Part shown: in pieces, positions 18,521 through 30,962 of the stretch
How the letters are laid out: the number at the start of each line of letters is the position of its first letter
How positions within the stretch are numbered: the first letter of the stretch is position 1
NCBI GenBank assembly: GCA_002269645.1
Contig: NIVC01001073.1
Span: 1 to 46,297, forward strand
Source of the DNA: Macrostomum lignano
Taxonomy: Eukaryota
Reading direction: 5' to 3'
Length of the DNA stretch: 46,297 nt
Position numbers and translations under genes: made by a program
Notes under the pieces: model-generated
Databases searched by the model: none
The model's input: the letters and a program-made list of their open reading frames with translations, nothing else
What the model was told of the DNA's origin: nothing

Positions 18521-19852
18521 AACCCAGCCCTAATTTTTGGAAAATAAAAAAGTATAAGCGCACATTCGCGGCAAGTTTTTATAACGCCAAGCAAAACAAA
18601 TATTGACAAATCCACGCATATTGTGTATGAAATGGGCTGAGTTGCGTATTTATTCGCGTTTAACCGTTTTCCATAGAAAGGCTTACAATAATTAACCAAA
18701 CAGTGGTTTAACTCTTTTTGACTTTAACCGTTCTTTCGATAACAAAACAAGAAAAAATTAATGTACACACAAACAAAGCGAATGAGAAAACAATTAACAA
18801 GCGTATTTTATTATATAAAAAAGGAAGAAACAAAGGGATTAGAAAATACTTTTCCACTTGCATAAATACGAGAGCAATAATAATGCGAACGAAATTTCGA
18901 TTTGAAACGAATCAAAGTGTGCGAAAGCCGGCCACAACTAGATTAATATATATATTAGTATTAAATATCTAATAATTATTAGTGCAGAGAAACATATAAA
19001 CGTCAAAAGGGGGAACACAGCATTTTCTCTTTGGAGGGGAAGGTGCTTTAGAAAATATCCTAAGCGGACAGGCGCGGTCGCGAGAAAAACACAGAAAAGA
19101 ATAATAGAGCAACAACTAAACCTGTATGTTTATTTAACTAGAAAGGGAAATATTGAGAATACACGCAGCTAGAACAGAAGCCAAGTAAAGTATATTTTCA
19201 GTCTACTCATTTTTTCATTTACAAAAATACAACAAAAACAAACTATAGTGGCTACTTAAAGTAGCAAAAGTCGAAACTTCAACCTAAATTAAATAATTTG
19301 TACAAGGCAAGGCGATAGGGGTTAAAAAAACGGGACAGCGAATAGCCAAGAACTGGGCTTCGAAAGGTTTGAACTCAATTTTTGTCAATAGATAAACAAA
19401 CTATCTAAAACTAAACAAAGAAAGCTGAGAGCATAAAAGCCATTTTACTAATTAGATTTTGTTCGCGACTATTACGATTCGGTATAACAAAATTAATTAG
19501 CAGAGCGCCAAGCATGAGGAAATCGTACAGGTTAGAAAAATAGCGAATTTATTAAGCATAAATGAATAAATGTATTGATCAATAACGCGTTTCTTCCACA
19601 AACCGCCGCACCAGAGGCAGCTCAGCCAACAGTCAAACAATGGGCCTCCTTCAGGTATAAATGTATCAAAGTTGAACTCAATTTTGATTATATATAGTAA
19701 TAGATAACGCGAACAACTGCTACATGGACTACTAAATTCCCAATATCTCACATTCTGGACTGGAAATAGGTGAACCACAGAAATTTGATTTGTTGGGGCC
19801 TTTAGTAGTAGTACTAAAATAAACAACCCTCATTTCCACTCATTAAATAGCC

Positions 19853-20075
19853 CTAAGGGCAGATGTGCAACCTATCTGAATGCTGCGTACGGCTGTTTAG
19901 TCCAAGGACTGGGGGGGGGGGGTCGCCTCAAAGCTTCACCCTGAATTACCCCAGCTAATGCTGGCACCCATTTTACAGTTGGGTGAACTGAAGCAATGCA
20001 TATGCAGTGCTCAAGGACACAATAATTGTTCCGAGTGGGTCTTACTGTTCCAAGATTCGAACCCCCGATCCTCAA
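19853..20075 (-). mobile_element. Second copy of the CORE-like tRNA-derived SINE
   Basis: The reverse complement shares GCATTGCTTCAGTTCACCCA.CTGTAAAATGGGT.CCAGCATTAGCTGG and CCCCAGTCCTTGGACT.AACAGCCG.ACGCAGC with 841-1140; B-box GGTTCGAATC. Confidence 0.82.
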
Positions 20076-20285
20076 GGCTATAACTCATTTGGTTCCATTC
20101 TCGATTTAGAATTTCGGAATGCGAGATATTGTCAATTTAGTAGTGTAAAAAACAACAGATACCGGGCTATCAGTGAAGTTCACACAATTTGCGAATATAG
20201 TGTCCTTGCGCTTCAGTTGTTTATGACAGATTAATTACTTAATGATTACAGCATTAACTATCCATCAGCCAAGAAAAGCCATTTA

Positions 20286-21695
20286 TCAAGTCGACCTGCC
20301 ATAAACGTTAACGTAGGACTCTTGGCGCAAAGTGAATGCGGCTAAGATGTTGCGCGCAATCTGCAGACTGCCCAGACTGGCTGACAGAGCCTGGCGAGCT
20401 TCTGCTTCGGTGTAGCCCAGAGCTAGCAGCGCCTGCACCGACTGCTCCTGGTCGGCACCGGCGGCCGCGCCGGCCTCTCCAACCGCTTCTGCCGTTCCAG
20501 CCGCTAGACGGGCCGGCAGCGGCGAAGCCGCCCTGGAGCTGCTAACAGATTGCGACGCCGACGACGAAGGATCGAAATGCAGCGTCGCGTAAGTGAAGCT
20601 GCCGTTGGCATCGCCGCCGCCGTCGCCGACACCGCTGGCGGAGCGCCGCTCGTCCTCGCTGTCGGCGTTATTATAGTCGGAGGCGCCGTTCTCACGCGCT
20701 GTTGAGACGGCGGCGGCGGCGCCTCCGGTTGTGGCGGTCGCTGCAGCAGCGCCGGAAGCCGCGCCGGCGGCTGTTACAGTCGGGCAGCGGCGCGCCGAGG
20801 CTGGCGAGTTGCCAGTCCGAGGCGGCCGCGGCGGCGGCGAAGGTGCTTGAACTGGAGGAGGCGGCGGAGGCGGAGGTGGAGGCTGCGGCTGAGCAGCGGC
20901 GGGCACCATAGGCTCAGTTGGCGGCATGAACGGCTTCAAGATGACAGACTCGGTGCCTTTGATCTCGCGCCGACAGAACGGACAGAGCGCTTCGTCCTGA
21001 CTGGCTTGGATACTAGCGATGCACTGGGCGCACATGTAGTGGCCGCACGGCTCTATGCGCACCTCCTTGTCCCGCTCCATGCAGATCTTGCACAATTGAA
21101 ATGACTGATAAGTGATATTCTGCGTGCTGCAGTACATCTCATACTGTTGCTGGGTGACCTGGATAACAACCGGCGGCAGGTCCTGCACTAGGCTAGATAG
21201 ATCGGGATTGACTCCGTTGCCATCCGGATACAGGTAGAACATATCCCTGGCTCCGTCAATTAGTGCCCGGGCGAGAGATTTGTTCTGTATAATAGTCTGC
21301 AGTATCTGGCCATCGTCAGTGACGTAGCCAATGGCCCATTGGCCCAGCTTGGTGCAGCTCTGCCTATAGATATAGGCCCCGGGCCGGCCAATGTGCTTCA
21401 TCAGGCGGGTGCGAACCTCGTCGTAGGTGAGAAACGCCATGTAGCCGGGATGGGTGACGGCCAGGCGCTTCCAGTTCTGCAGTATGTTGCGCCACGGCTG
21501 GAATAGCCTGACGAACACGTCGAATTCGAATACGGACACGTGATCGTTGCAGGTCAGATCGATTGTAGATTTCAATGCTACTAATTCCATCCGATCGTGA
21601 ATCGGGTGCACGTCTGAGAAGGCGGCGCTGAACTCCGGCCAAGACACGATGCCGCGGCCTGGAAAATAGTGCCGCCAGAACTCGTCAGCGTCAAC
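20286..21695 (-). CDS. cbl: Cbl E3 ubiquitin ligase, exon 2 (EF-hand, SH2-like, linker, RING, Pro-rich, UBA)
   Basis: Acceptor CAG at 21698-21696. [67 protein letters not shown]...[10 protein letters not shown]...CPFCR, C-terminal UBA-like LLALGY. Confidence 0.95.
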   Translation of the reverse strand, partial: VDADEFWRHYFPGRGIVSWPEFSAAFSDVHPIHDRMELVALKSTIDLTCNDHVSVFEFDVFVRLFQPWRNILQNWKRLAVTHPGYMAFLTYDEVRTRLMKHIGRPGAYIYRQSCTKLGQWAIGYVTDDGQILQTIIQNKSLARALIDGARDMFYLYPDGNGVNPDLSSLVQDLPPVVIQVTQQQYEMYCSTQNITYQSFQLCKICMERDKEVRIEPCGHYMCAQCIASIQASQDEALCPFCRREIKGTESVILKPFMPPTEPMVPAAAQPQPPPPPPPPPPVQAPSPPPRPPRTGNSPASARRCPTVTAAGAASGAAAATATTGGAAAAVSTARENGASDYNNADSEDERRSASGVGDGGGDANGSFTYATLHFDPSSSASQSVSSSRAASPLPARLAAGTAEAVGEAGAAAGADQEQSVQALLALGYTEAEARQALSASLGSLQIARNILAAFTLRQESYVNVYGRST

Positions 21696-21787
21696 CTGAG
21701 TGGCGGGAGATGGGGTGTTCGAGTCTGGTAGCATGCGATTTAATGGGCCTTTCAAAATCTCGAAATTACAAAAGATCAAATTTCAAA

Positions 21788-22100
21788 AGCTCGAAGCTTT
21801 ACAAGCTCCAAACTTCGAGCTCAGAATTTACAAACTCGGGAATTTAAAAAGCTCGAGACTTCACAAGCTCGAAACTTCACAAGCTCGAAACTTCACAAGA
21901 TCGAGACTTCACAAGCTCCAGACTTTACAAGCTCAAAGCTTCACAAGCTCAAAGCTTCACAAGCTCGAAATTTCACAAGCTCGAAACTTCACAAGCTCGA
22001 GACTTCACAAGCTCAAAGCTTCACAAGCTCGAGACTTTACAAGCTCAAAGCTTCACAAGCTCGAAACTTCACAAGCTCGAAACTTCACAAGCTCGAAACT
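21788..22100. repeat. 16-bp minisatellite (AAGCTCGAAACTTCAC) filling most of the Cbl intron
   Basis: Directly visible; runs right up to the donor site. Confidence 0.93.
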
Positions 22101-22103
22101 CAC

Positions 22104-22715
22104 CTTAGTGACCCGGAAGTCTGACAAATCGTATACTTTATTGGGGAACAATGCCTGCAGATCTTTGAGCATATGCGAGAACGTCAGCGACAGTTTCGTC
22201 AATTGTTGCCTATACTCCGAGGTCTCGTCAAACATTCGCTCTTTGGCCTCTTTAAACAGTCGAACAGTCTGCTTGCATCGAGAAATTAGCGTGTGAATAA
22301 ACAATGGAAAATAATCATTCTCTGATAGGTTTTGATAGTTCTCATTGTACTTAGACACAATGCTGTTAATGTACTCGGCAGTGTCCGGTATTGTGTCCGG
22401 CAGGTAGGGCGGCGAATTCTTTAAGTTAAGCTGCGGCTGCCTGCACAGTTTCATCACTTTAGTCATGTAGGTGGTGCACTTGTCTATTGATTTCCTATCC
22501 ACAGTTATTGACGCGGCTGTGCGACTCGCGCTGCCAATTGCTAAGGCTGCGATTGGCGCCGAATTGGCGCCGCCAGAAGAGTCTGCAGCCGAGGTGGAGG
22601 CGCCGCCGGCGCTCCGAGGATGAAAGGCGCCATGCAGGCGCGCTAAGAAACGCCTGCCACTGCTGTCGGAGGCGGCTGAAGCTTTGACGGCCATGACTCT
22701 GGCGGCTTTTCTCAT
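22104..22715 (-). CDS. cbl: Cbl exon 1 (four-helix bundle of the TKB domain)
   Basis: LNLKNSPPYLPDTIP, RLFKEAKERMFDETSEYRQQLTKLSLTFSHML; phase-0 donor AAG/GTGAGT at 22104/22103 joins FRVTK to VDADEFW (canonical FRITKADAAEFW). The start Met is uncertain. Confidence 0.92.
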
Positions 22716-24492
22716 GTGCTAACAAAGGATTTAAGGGACGAACTTGCCGAGTAATTAAAAAGACGCGCCAAAGGCTTCTTGCGATCGAGATTGGATTTAG
22801 ATTCGATGACTTGGGCAGCAATGTCGGCAAATAGCTAGCATTGAAAATCTATTGCTAAAATTACCTTCAATGTGTGGTGCTGCCTAAAGAAATAAATTAC
22901 CTTTAACAGGCAAGCTAAATTCAAGCATATGTTGCATCAATTATTACTCATGGGCCATGGACTACTAAATATTGAAGGCCATGAAAGCCATCCAGTCCAG
23001 ACAGTCCAGTCCAGAAAGTACATGGATTATAATTTAGGCAAATATCAATGCATTTTTAATGCAGAAAAACTCCATATCTTCACTTAGTAGTACATTTATA
23101 TAATATTATACAATATTAAAACATAATAAAGCCAGTAATTGCTACAATAATACAAAATATTCCAGAAAAGACATCATGCCTAAGTTAAAATTTTTTATTT
23201 TTATTACTTCATAAAGTTTTAGTATTACTTTTAGTATTTAGTTTTAGTTTTAGTATTTAATAAGGTGGCAACATGTGATGAATTTTTAACAAATTGATAA
23301 TTTTGCTCAGCGCCCATAATTGTAACTATCAGCCAATCACAATTTGCTGTATCATCTATCATTTTGATCTATTATATTAACTGATTGTTTTTTGTTGCTA
23401 CTCAAAAAAATATAATAAACTTAGCCTACTAAGCAAGCAAAAATATATCAGTTTAATTGCTTATTGGACTGTGTTACTACTTGCATTTTTCTGTTCTTTG
23501 TTTGGTCTCATTCTACTAAGGACTGTTACGCTGCGCCAGATTAAATTTGTCACATTATTCATTAGCAATATGCCCAAGTCTAAGGAGCTTGCAAAACACC
23601 ATGCAATTATTGAGGCCATTCATGCTTAGGGGTGTAGCCAGGAATTTCCTATGGGGGGATACACCAAGGTGAATTTTCTACAGGGGGGGGGGGGTACACC
23701 AGTGCTATGACAGAGTTACGTGGTAGTATATATAGCAACAAAGGGCAACAAAAAAGTTTTGGTCAGGCTCTTCAGGGGGGGGAATACATCCCCCCTATCC
23801 CTTCTCCGTACACCTGTTTATACTAGGAAAATAAATAGTCAATGAGGTCATCACCTTCTTTGGCTTTAATAAGGAGCTTTTTTACTAACTAAAAGGCAAT
23901 ATAATAATCTCTCTAAGGTGCCTAATGTGGTATCTACTAAATTTCCTATCACAATGGTTTGGAGTGGTATTATATAAAGGATTTTTACTACTATTATCAC
24001 TATAAACAAAAAAAAAGCTTGCTAAGGTTTGTGCTATATTTTAACACCATTTGGGGGTTGTGGTGATAGCAAGTGCCCTTTTTAAGTAGATATATTGCTG
24101 ATATACTATAAAACATTATGAAGTTTTATTTTATTTAGTTGCTTTATTTCTAATAATAAAAAATGCCACATTTTTCTAATGCAAAATTTGTTAATTTTTT
24201 TAGGATAATCTTATAAGTACTTATTTATAGCCTACTACTTCATTATACCTATTATTACAGAATTCTATAGCCATTAATCAGAATGGAATAATATATAAAA
24301 CCTAGCTAACCACTTAGCTAATTTCTCAATTTCAAATGCATTTTCCTTTAAAGATCCCTTGACATTATCATAGGCCTAGCCTTTTGTCTTTTGATATATT
24401 TTCATGTTTTGTGCATGCAAAACTAAAACTATTTTAAGAGTTCCTAATATATAAATGAAAAAAATCCGATTTTAAAGAGATGTGTCCTATTA

Positions 24493-25812
24493 CGAGGGCT
24501 GCTTAATAAGTTCGCGGAAAACCAAACTTATCTTCAAGCGAATCAAACGAAATTTTATGAACTTTTTCCTTAGGATATTGGCACCTTTCACACAAATTTT
24601 CAGCCAGTTTGGCCAAAATGTTGCGACGCAGTGGCCGAAGAAGTGATGAAACCCCCGCTCCAGTGCTGCGCCTGACTGAGCGCAACAGGCGAGTCGCAAT
24701 TCTGGTCCAATTCCGGCTTGGCCTGTCTGCCTCCGAATGCTTGCAGACGCTTCAAAAGGCCCTTGAGAGTGAAGCCCCATCCCAGACGATGGTGTACAAG
24801 TGGTTCGGTCGATTCCGCTCCGGCTGTCTGGAGCTGGACGATGATGAACGTGAAGGCCATCCAAATTCGTCCATCTCGGACACGACTGTGGCCAGTGTCC
24901 GAAAGCTGCTCGATGCAGACCGCCGAGTGACGATTCGGGAAATCGAAAAAAATGTCGGGATTTTGGATTCAAGCGTCATTACTATCTTGCCCGATCACCT
25001 CGGCATGAGGAAGGTGTCAGCTCGCTGGGTCCCTCATCAACTGAAGCCGGCTCAGATGCAGGCCCGCGTGAATTTTGCGAACTTCATGCTCGACAAGTTC
25101 GACGCAGGTGCCTCAAATTTGGTGGATGGCATCCTCACAGGTGATGAAACGTGGGTGTACTTTTATGATCCCAAGACAAAAGTACAGAGCAAGCAGTGGG
25201 TCGCCTTTGAGGAGGATTCGCCCTTGAAATTTCGTCGCAAGCGAAGCGTCGGCAAAGTGATGGCTGCGGTGTTTTTCCGTCGGTGCGGAATTCTGCCGCC
25301 TGTTCTGCTTGAGGAGGGAGCCACAGTGACTGGCAGCTGGTACTCCAGTGTCTGCCTGCCGCAGGTGCTGGAATTCCTGCGTCGAGAGCGGCCAAAGACC
25401 AGAGATCGCGGCATTTTCCTGCACCACGACAACGCGCCCGCTCACAGAGCCAGTGTCACGCAGCAGTTCTTGGCATCAACTGAGCTGACTCTGCTGCCGC
25501 ATCCGGCCTACTCGCCCGACCTCGCGCCTGCAGACTTCTTTCTCTTTCCGAAGATCAAGAAAAATCTGAAGGGGAAGCGCTTCGACACTCGTGAGGAGCT
25601 GGAACAGGCGTTGAATGCGGAGCTGGAAGCCGTCACAAAGGCGGAATTGAGGGACTGCTTTGCGGCATGGTTTCATCGGATGAAGAAATGCGTTGATCTG
25701 GCTAGGGACTATGTTGAGAAGTGCCATTAGGTTGGGCTAAGTGTGTGTAAAATTTCACGACTGTGCGATAACTATAAGTATGTTTTTCCGCGAACTTATT
25801 AAGCAGCCCTCG
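24493..25812 (+). mobile_element. Full-length mariner (DD34D) transposon, 1320 bp
   Basis: Perfect 29-bp TIRs CGAGGGCTGCTTAATAAGTTCGCGGAAAA; TA duplication at 24491-24492 and 25813-25814. Confidence 0.97.
24618..25730 (+). CDS. Mariner transposase, intact
   Basis: WVPHQL, TGDETW, HHDNAPAH, YSPDLAPAD with 34 residues between the 2nd and 3rd Asp. The first ATG is 24618 (the ORF track starts at TTG 24609). Confidence 0.95.
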   Translation: MLRRSGRRSDETPAPVLRLTERNRRVAILVQFRLGLSASECLQTLQKALESEAPSQTMVYKWFGRFRSGCLELDDDEREGHPNSSISDTTVASVRKLLDADRRVTIREIEKNVGILDSSVITILPDHLGMRKVSARWVPHQLKPAQMQARVNFANFMLDKFDAGASNLVDGILTGDETWVYFYDPKTKVQSKQWVAFEEDSPLKFRRKRSVGKVMAAVFFRRCGILPPVLLEEGATVTGSWYSSVCLPQVLEFLRRERPKTRDRGIFLHHDNAPAHRASVTQQFLASTELTLLPHPAYSPDLAPADFFLFPKIKKNLKGKRFDTREELEQALNAELEAVTKAELRDCFAAWFHRMKKCVDLARDYVEKCH

Positions 25813-26329
25813 TAATTTGTTCACTTGTTTGCTTTTTGGATTCTAAAATAGAAAAATCTAAGTAAATCAAAAAAATAATTTAATGAACAATTCTATAGCC
25901 ATAGGGCCTAGGATAGCCTAACTAGGCCTATCTTATATCTAAAGCTGAGTCTAAATGGACCTATTGGGCAAGTCAGGTTTAATATATCTCCTCTTAGATG
26001 GCTAGGGCCTATCAACTCAAATGTGGGACTTGAATATATCAATGCAGAATTTTACTAGGCCTACACAACAAATAGGCTATTTAATGTTAAATATTTTAAA
26101 ATTTATATATATATATATATACATATAAATAACTTTAGACAATTCTTTAGAAGTCACCCAATCCTTAAAACAACTTTATCAATTATTATTTATGGCTATC
26201 TAGTGATTTTTTACTTTCCTGCTCTAAATTATTTTACAATGAATTTGAGTTTGGGGCAATAAGACAAGTAAGAAAACAAAAATAAATGCTTAAAAAGTCA
26301 CGGCAACTAGTAATAGGCCTAGGCAATCT

Positions 26330-26630
26330 AGTACAGGATGTTGCCAAACTACTTGGTGGGTGGCGGCACCATATGAATTCCTGCAGGTGTTAAGCAGCTG
26401 ATCAGACATACCATGCATGGCACAGAATTTGGCCTTGTAATTACCCCACATTCCCTTGACCTGGTTGGTATGGATGGATGGATGGGTCATTTGTTGGGGG
26501 CCTAGCGGAAGTGTAACATGTGGTTCATGGTGGCATCTGGCATGGTTGCCAGGCAATGTATGATAGCTAGCCCACTGATCTGTGATGACTCTCGTTCCAG
26601 GCAGGATGTGGTGCCTGCGGTCGGCCAGCC
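26330..26630 (-). pseudogene. Degenerate Merlin/ISXO2 (IS1595-like) transposase fragment
   Basis: HILPGTRVITDQWASYHTL...HTNQVKGMWGNYKAKF...L.QEFIW resembles the ISXO2 pattern HI.PGT.I.SD.W.AY...HTN.IE..W...K...EF.W; the catalytic Glu position reads Lys. Confidence 0.7.
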
Positions 26631-29586
26631 ATTATCAGCTGAAAAAATGCGTAAAATAATTTGAGTGGGAAAGTTGAAAATCGCCAGCTATCCTATCTTT
26701 GACTTAGCCGATCGATCGACTATCATTGATTGGTAGAGAAAATTAAGAAAGTAGGCCTAAGCCTAAGCTGGGCGGCGCCGGCGGGCCTACTACTACTAAC
26801 TACTTATGGTCCTACTCCTAGGCTACACCTACACCTACACCTACACTAGAACTTCAGTCAGTAGGACTATATGAGTAGGACTAAATCTAGACTAAAGTTC
26901 GTTTGAATAGAATGACAGTCGGTGACAAAAAATTATTATGCTGAACAAGCTAAGTTAGCTGTGAACAAGTTAAGACACACTTAATAATAATAGGAGTGTT
27001 TTTATTATTATCATTCTTAATAATAAGAGATTATTAATTATCTATCGAGCTATAAATAATAACTAAATTAAGCTGAAGCTGAAGGTGCCGTTTTATATGA
27101 ATCACTACTTTAAAAGTTATTTATTGCTCAATACTAAGCCCTATGCCATATTATTTATCCGTTTTAAATTTTTGATTTTTATTCTATGCCGATTTTTGCT
27201 TCAGTTACACTGTAATATTTTGATCCGATGTTATAATCAGCATCCTTTCCTAAACCGGATTTACACTGAGGCTTTTCATATTACCAATTCCAGAATCAGA
27301 ATTGGTTCGGATCTTCCAAGAAAAACAGCAGTATAACTATTTAATTCTGTTGAATGTTTGACTGCCTTAACAACCTCACTTAGCACAATTTTTCACTTTC
27401 TTCTTGGCGATTGTCATTCAATAATAAAAACTTTATAGCACGTATCTCCCTCTAGTTATGGAGACAAAAAGTTATACTTCACAAATTGGTTCTGGTTCTG
27501 GAACCAGAACAAGCAATATGAAAAGGTCCACTCCCCGAAGATATCGTCAACCGAAGCCAGCATTGAAGGAAAACCCTGAAACCCAAGCCGTCGCTGTTTT
27601 TACTCGCTGCGTCGCTGGCTTCACACTGCTAGACTCCATGCGCCGTGTCTTTTGGTGAGTTGGAGGTCTCCATCAACAGTTCAATCCATATAGTTCATTT
27701 ATGGAGCTGCCTCGATATATAGTTGTAAATTGCACGCCGGTTAGGCTTGGCCTTGCAATTGTCTGCGGATCACTACAAACGATATCCACTTGACACGTGA
27801 TATTTTTCCGAGGTGAGAATTTTCGTCTTTTGAGAGATTTTTGATGCTGCAATAAAAATCGGTGCTAATTGAGGAGGGACCGAGTTGAGGTCTGCGGAGA
27901 GAATGTGCCGATGCCGACGCCGGCGAAAAAAATTATGGAACAGTGTGCTGGGCAATGAGCCACCTAAGAACTTACTTAGTTCACTTTTCTATCTAAATGT
28001 ATTAAGTTTTGCCCTAATGAGGAGAGAAGTACATCGCTCTGAGAATCGATAAACTGTGTGAGATAGCTAGAGAGAGACGAGCAAAACGTTTGCTTAATTG
28101 GTTTACCGTGGAAACTGTTAAAGACCAACACAGGTGGATTGGCCACAGTCTCACAAGAATTAAACCAAATGAGGTTGACGTTGTCCACTTTAAGTCCTAC
28201 TACCCAGTGAAAAAAATGATATGGATTCCATGTGGATTTTTCATATGAAATCCATATGTGCATTTGTCTCCGTCCATCCATGTGGAATCAAGATATGGAT
28301 TCCACATGGAAGATCCATATGGAAGTAATTATGTATTTCACATAGAATCCACATTGTCATTGAGTAAGCAGCCATTATACTGGTTGCCATATTAAATTGT
28401 TGCATCCTAAATCTCAAAATAATACCAGATCTCAAAATTTCATACGAACCCCAGATCTCAATACCATATAAAAGAAACTGAAACACAGATAAAACACTAG
28501 CTATAGCCAAAAATATTTCTGCACAAAAATTCAAAATTCAATATTCAAAAACAATGTAAGGTGTATTTATGTACAGTAGTGAGTCACTGGCACACAAAGA
28601 ATAAACACACTGATGTAAATATTGATATCTTTAGAATTGCACTGCGCATATGATATAATATATAATTTGAAATATACATTGTCAATAGCATTAATTAATT
28701 AACAATAATATAATGCATCAGAATTAGAACAGTCAGAAACATGCTGCTGCCAATTGCCAGAATGCTGCTTCTTCAGGTCAGGTGAGCAACCTTAGAAAAG
28801 AAAGGGGTTAAATTACAGAATTTTATAACAGATTGCTGACAGATTTTGTAATAGATTTTGATAGATTTTGATGACAGAAAAAAATCAGTTTATAACTAAA
28901 ACTTACCATTGCTTCACAAAAGGTAGCATTTGAGATATTAAATTCAAATTCCAAGTAGCTTTGCAAGCTTCTTCAAATGCAAGACCAAGGTGACATCCAA
29001 GTTTGAGGATGGGCCATGTAATGTTAGGCAGAAATGAAATAGAAAAATAATTGTTGCCAATTAAGATTGATAAATAATATTGATATAATTCATAAAACTA
29101 ATTTAATGATGAATACTTATAAAATAAAATAAAGTTTATTTTAAAATTAACTACACCTAAGTCCTAGGTTTATTTTTTAAGTGCAAAGTGTGCATATGCA
29201 CTCTAAATTTTAAAATTGCACCTTGAAAATTGAAATTAAAAAGTTGATGATACAGTTTAGGTGTGATCTCATTACCTATTTTTCTGTTGAAGCCTTTTTG
29301 CACTGCCTTTATATAAGAAAAAAGAGAAACTGTATTCTAAGCCTTAAAATCATAAAACCCTAAAAGTGAGCATAGGGTATGATTTTGCACCTTGTCTCTA
29401 GCAAAAAAGAAAACCCTACCTAAGTCAATCAATAAAATTAAATTAATAAAATTAAAATAATAAGTACAAAAAATTAATATGTTTCTATAAATTTAATTTT
29501 TTTTAAAAATTGATTTTAGACTAGAAAGTATTTAGGCAAAGCAATGCATGCTTTTTTTATATTTGCTGGCCTATTATGATTAAAAA

Positions 29587-29944
29587 GGGGGCTGTAGCCA
29601 AGTGGTAGCACAGCTGCTCTGGTGTGCCAGCGACCTAGGCTCGATTCCAAGTGCAGTCACATTAATTTGAGGCTGAATTGGAATCTTGGCTTGGCTCTTT
29701 GCTTGTGCAATTAACGGCCTTGAGAGCCAACCCCCAAGGCATAGTGAAGTATACATGCCTAACAATAAATAAAGTTAGGGCCACTGTACACTCCTGTGTA
29801 AGTGTGCCTGCATACGTATCCGCACGCTTGTGTGCCTGCTTAGGGGAGTTAGTGGAATGGGCAGTAATGCCTCTCGCCAGTTATGCCTATGTCGCTTAAA
29901 GTGTGCCAGGGTGCACACAACCCCCTGCCTCTAATAAAAAAAAA
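29587..29944 (+). mobile_element. tRNA-derived SINE (second family) with A-tail and TSD
   Basis: A-box TAGCCAAGTGG, B-box GGCTCGATTCC, 3' AATAAAAAAAAA; ATGATTAAA duplicated at 29576-29584 and 29944-29952. Confidence 0.75.
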
Positions 29945-30176
29945 TGATTAAACATTAGGCCTAATCTTAAAAGCTATGCCCTATGGCTATTAAATTCTGG
30001 ACTTGGCCTAAATTAGATCAAATTTACAATAATCATTATTTATTTATAATAGCAACCTTAGGGATCTGCTAGGCTAGCTATGCCAAAAACAGGTTGCAAG
30101 TGTAATTGCAAAGAATTATTTATAATGATTAATAACATTGTTTTTAAAAATGCAACAAGTCCAAAAGATGCTAACA

Positions 30177-30962
30177 GGCTCATTCCATATAAGATGGACA
30201 TATTTGGAAAATAGAAAAAAGTCAATATTTTTGCTTGCCATTGCCTAATTAGCCTATTTTTTTACCAAATGTTTATATTGTGCAATATGTACAATCTAAG
30301 AATAAAGGAATGGTAAAATGTTGGATTAGTATGTTATCAATTGGCAAAAAGTCATTTTTGTAAAAATTTGGACATTTTTCGAAGCAAAAGACATCATTAA
30401 GATTTTGTACCTTTTAAAAACAAATAGAAAGCTTTTGAAGGTTGAAACAAACTATAGATAAAAGTATAGTACTTGCATCATCAGATAAAAGCATTGGTGA
30501 CCAAATAATCTATTATATTTTTAATGTATTAGTACCTCAAAGTTACTGAATTGACAGAAAAAAATATGTTACGACCATAATGTTACGACCATAAGGCTGC
30601 CTTTTCTTTTGTATCTTTGTTGCCTTTTGAGTTTATATATTCTAATAAAAGAGTATGATTTCTAAAGATGTTCTTAGTCAAATTTTAAAAATGTATTGCA
30701 AAATATCAAAAATGAAAAATGTTATAAGACTTTTACCTTTTAGTTTCTATATGTCAAAAATCCTGTCGTTACGACCATAAGTGTCATTTAAGGTTTAATA
30801 GCATCTATACTAATGATGATATCTATATGAAACTCTATAAATATATTCTAGACAAAATAATCTTTCATTTAAAATATTGGTTTAGTATATTCTATTATTA
30901 GATTTCATTTTATAAGTAAAAATAACCTGTCATGTTACGACCATGCTTATATGGAATGAGCC
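30177..30962. mobile_element. 786-bp MITE with 17-bp TIRs and 4-bp TSD
   Basis: GGCTCATTCCATATAAG ... CTTATATGGAATGAGCC; AACA on both flanks; internal GTTACGACCAT repeated 4 times. Superfamily not assigned. Confidence 0.82.

Noticed and set aside
21700-22296. 198-aa plus-strand ORF, and the 28-aa N-terminal part of ORF 20286-21779
   Set aside because: Read-through of the Cbl intron minisatellite; splice sites explain the real frame.
23628-23817. hAT-like MITE (AGGGGTGTAGCCAGG ... CCGTACACCTG)
   Set aside because: The termini match poorly and no 8-bp TSD was found.
27458-27658. RTE-LINE C-terminal fragment or exon (RCVAGFTLLDSMR, followed by GTGAGT)
   Set aside because: Similarity is limited to ~12 residues, which is insufficient without a search.
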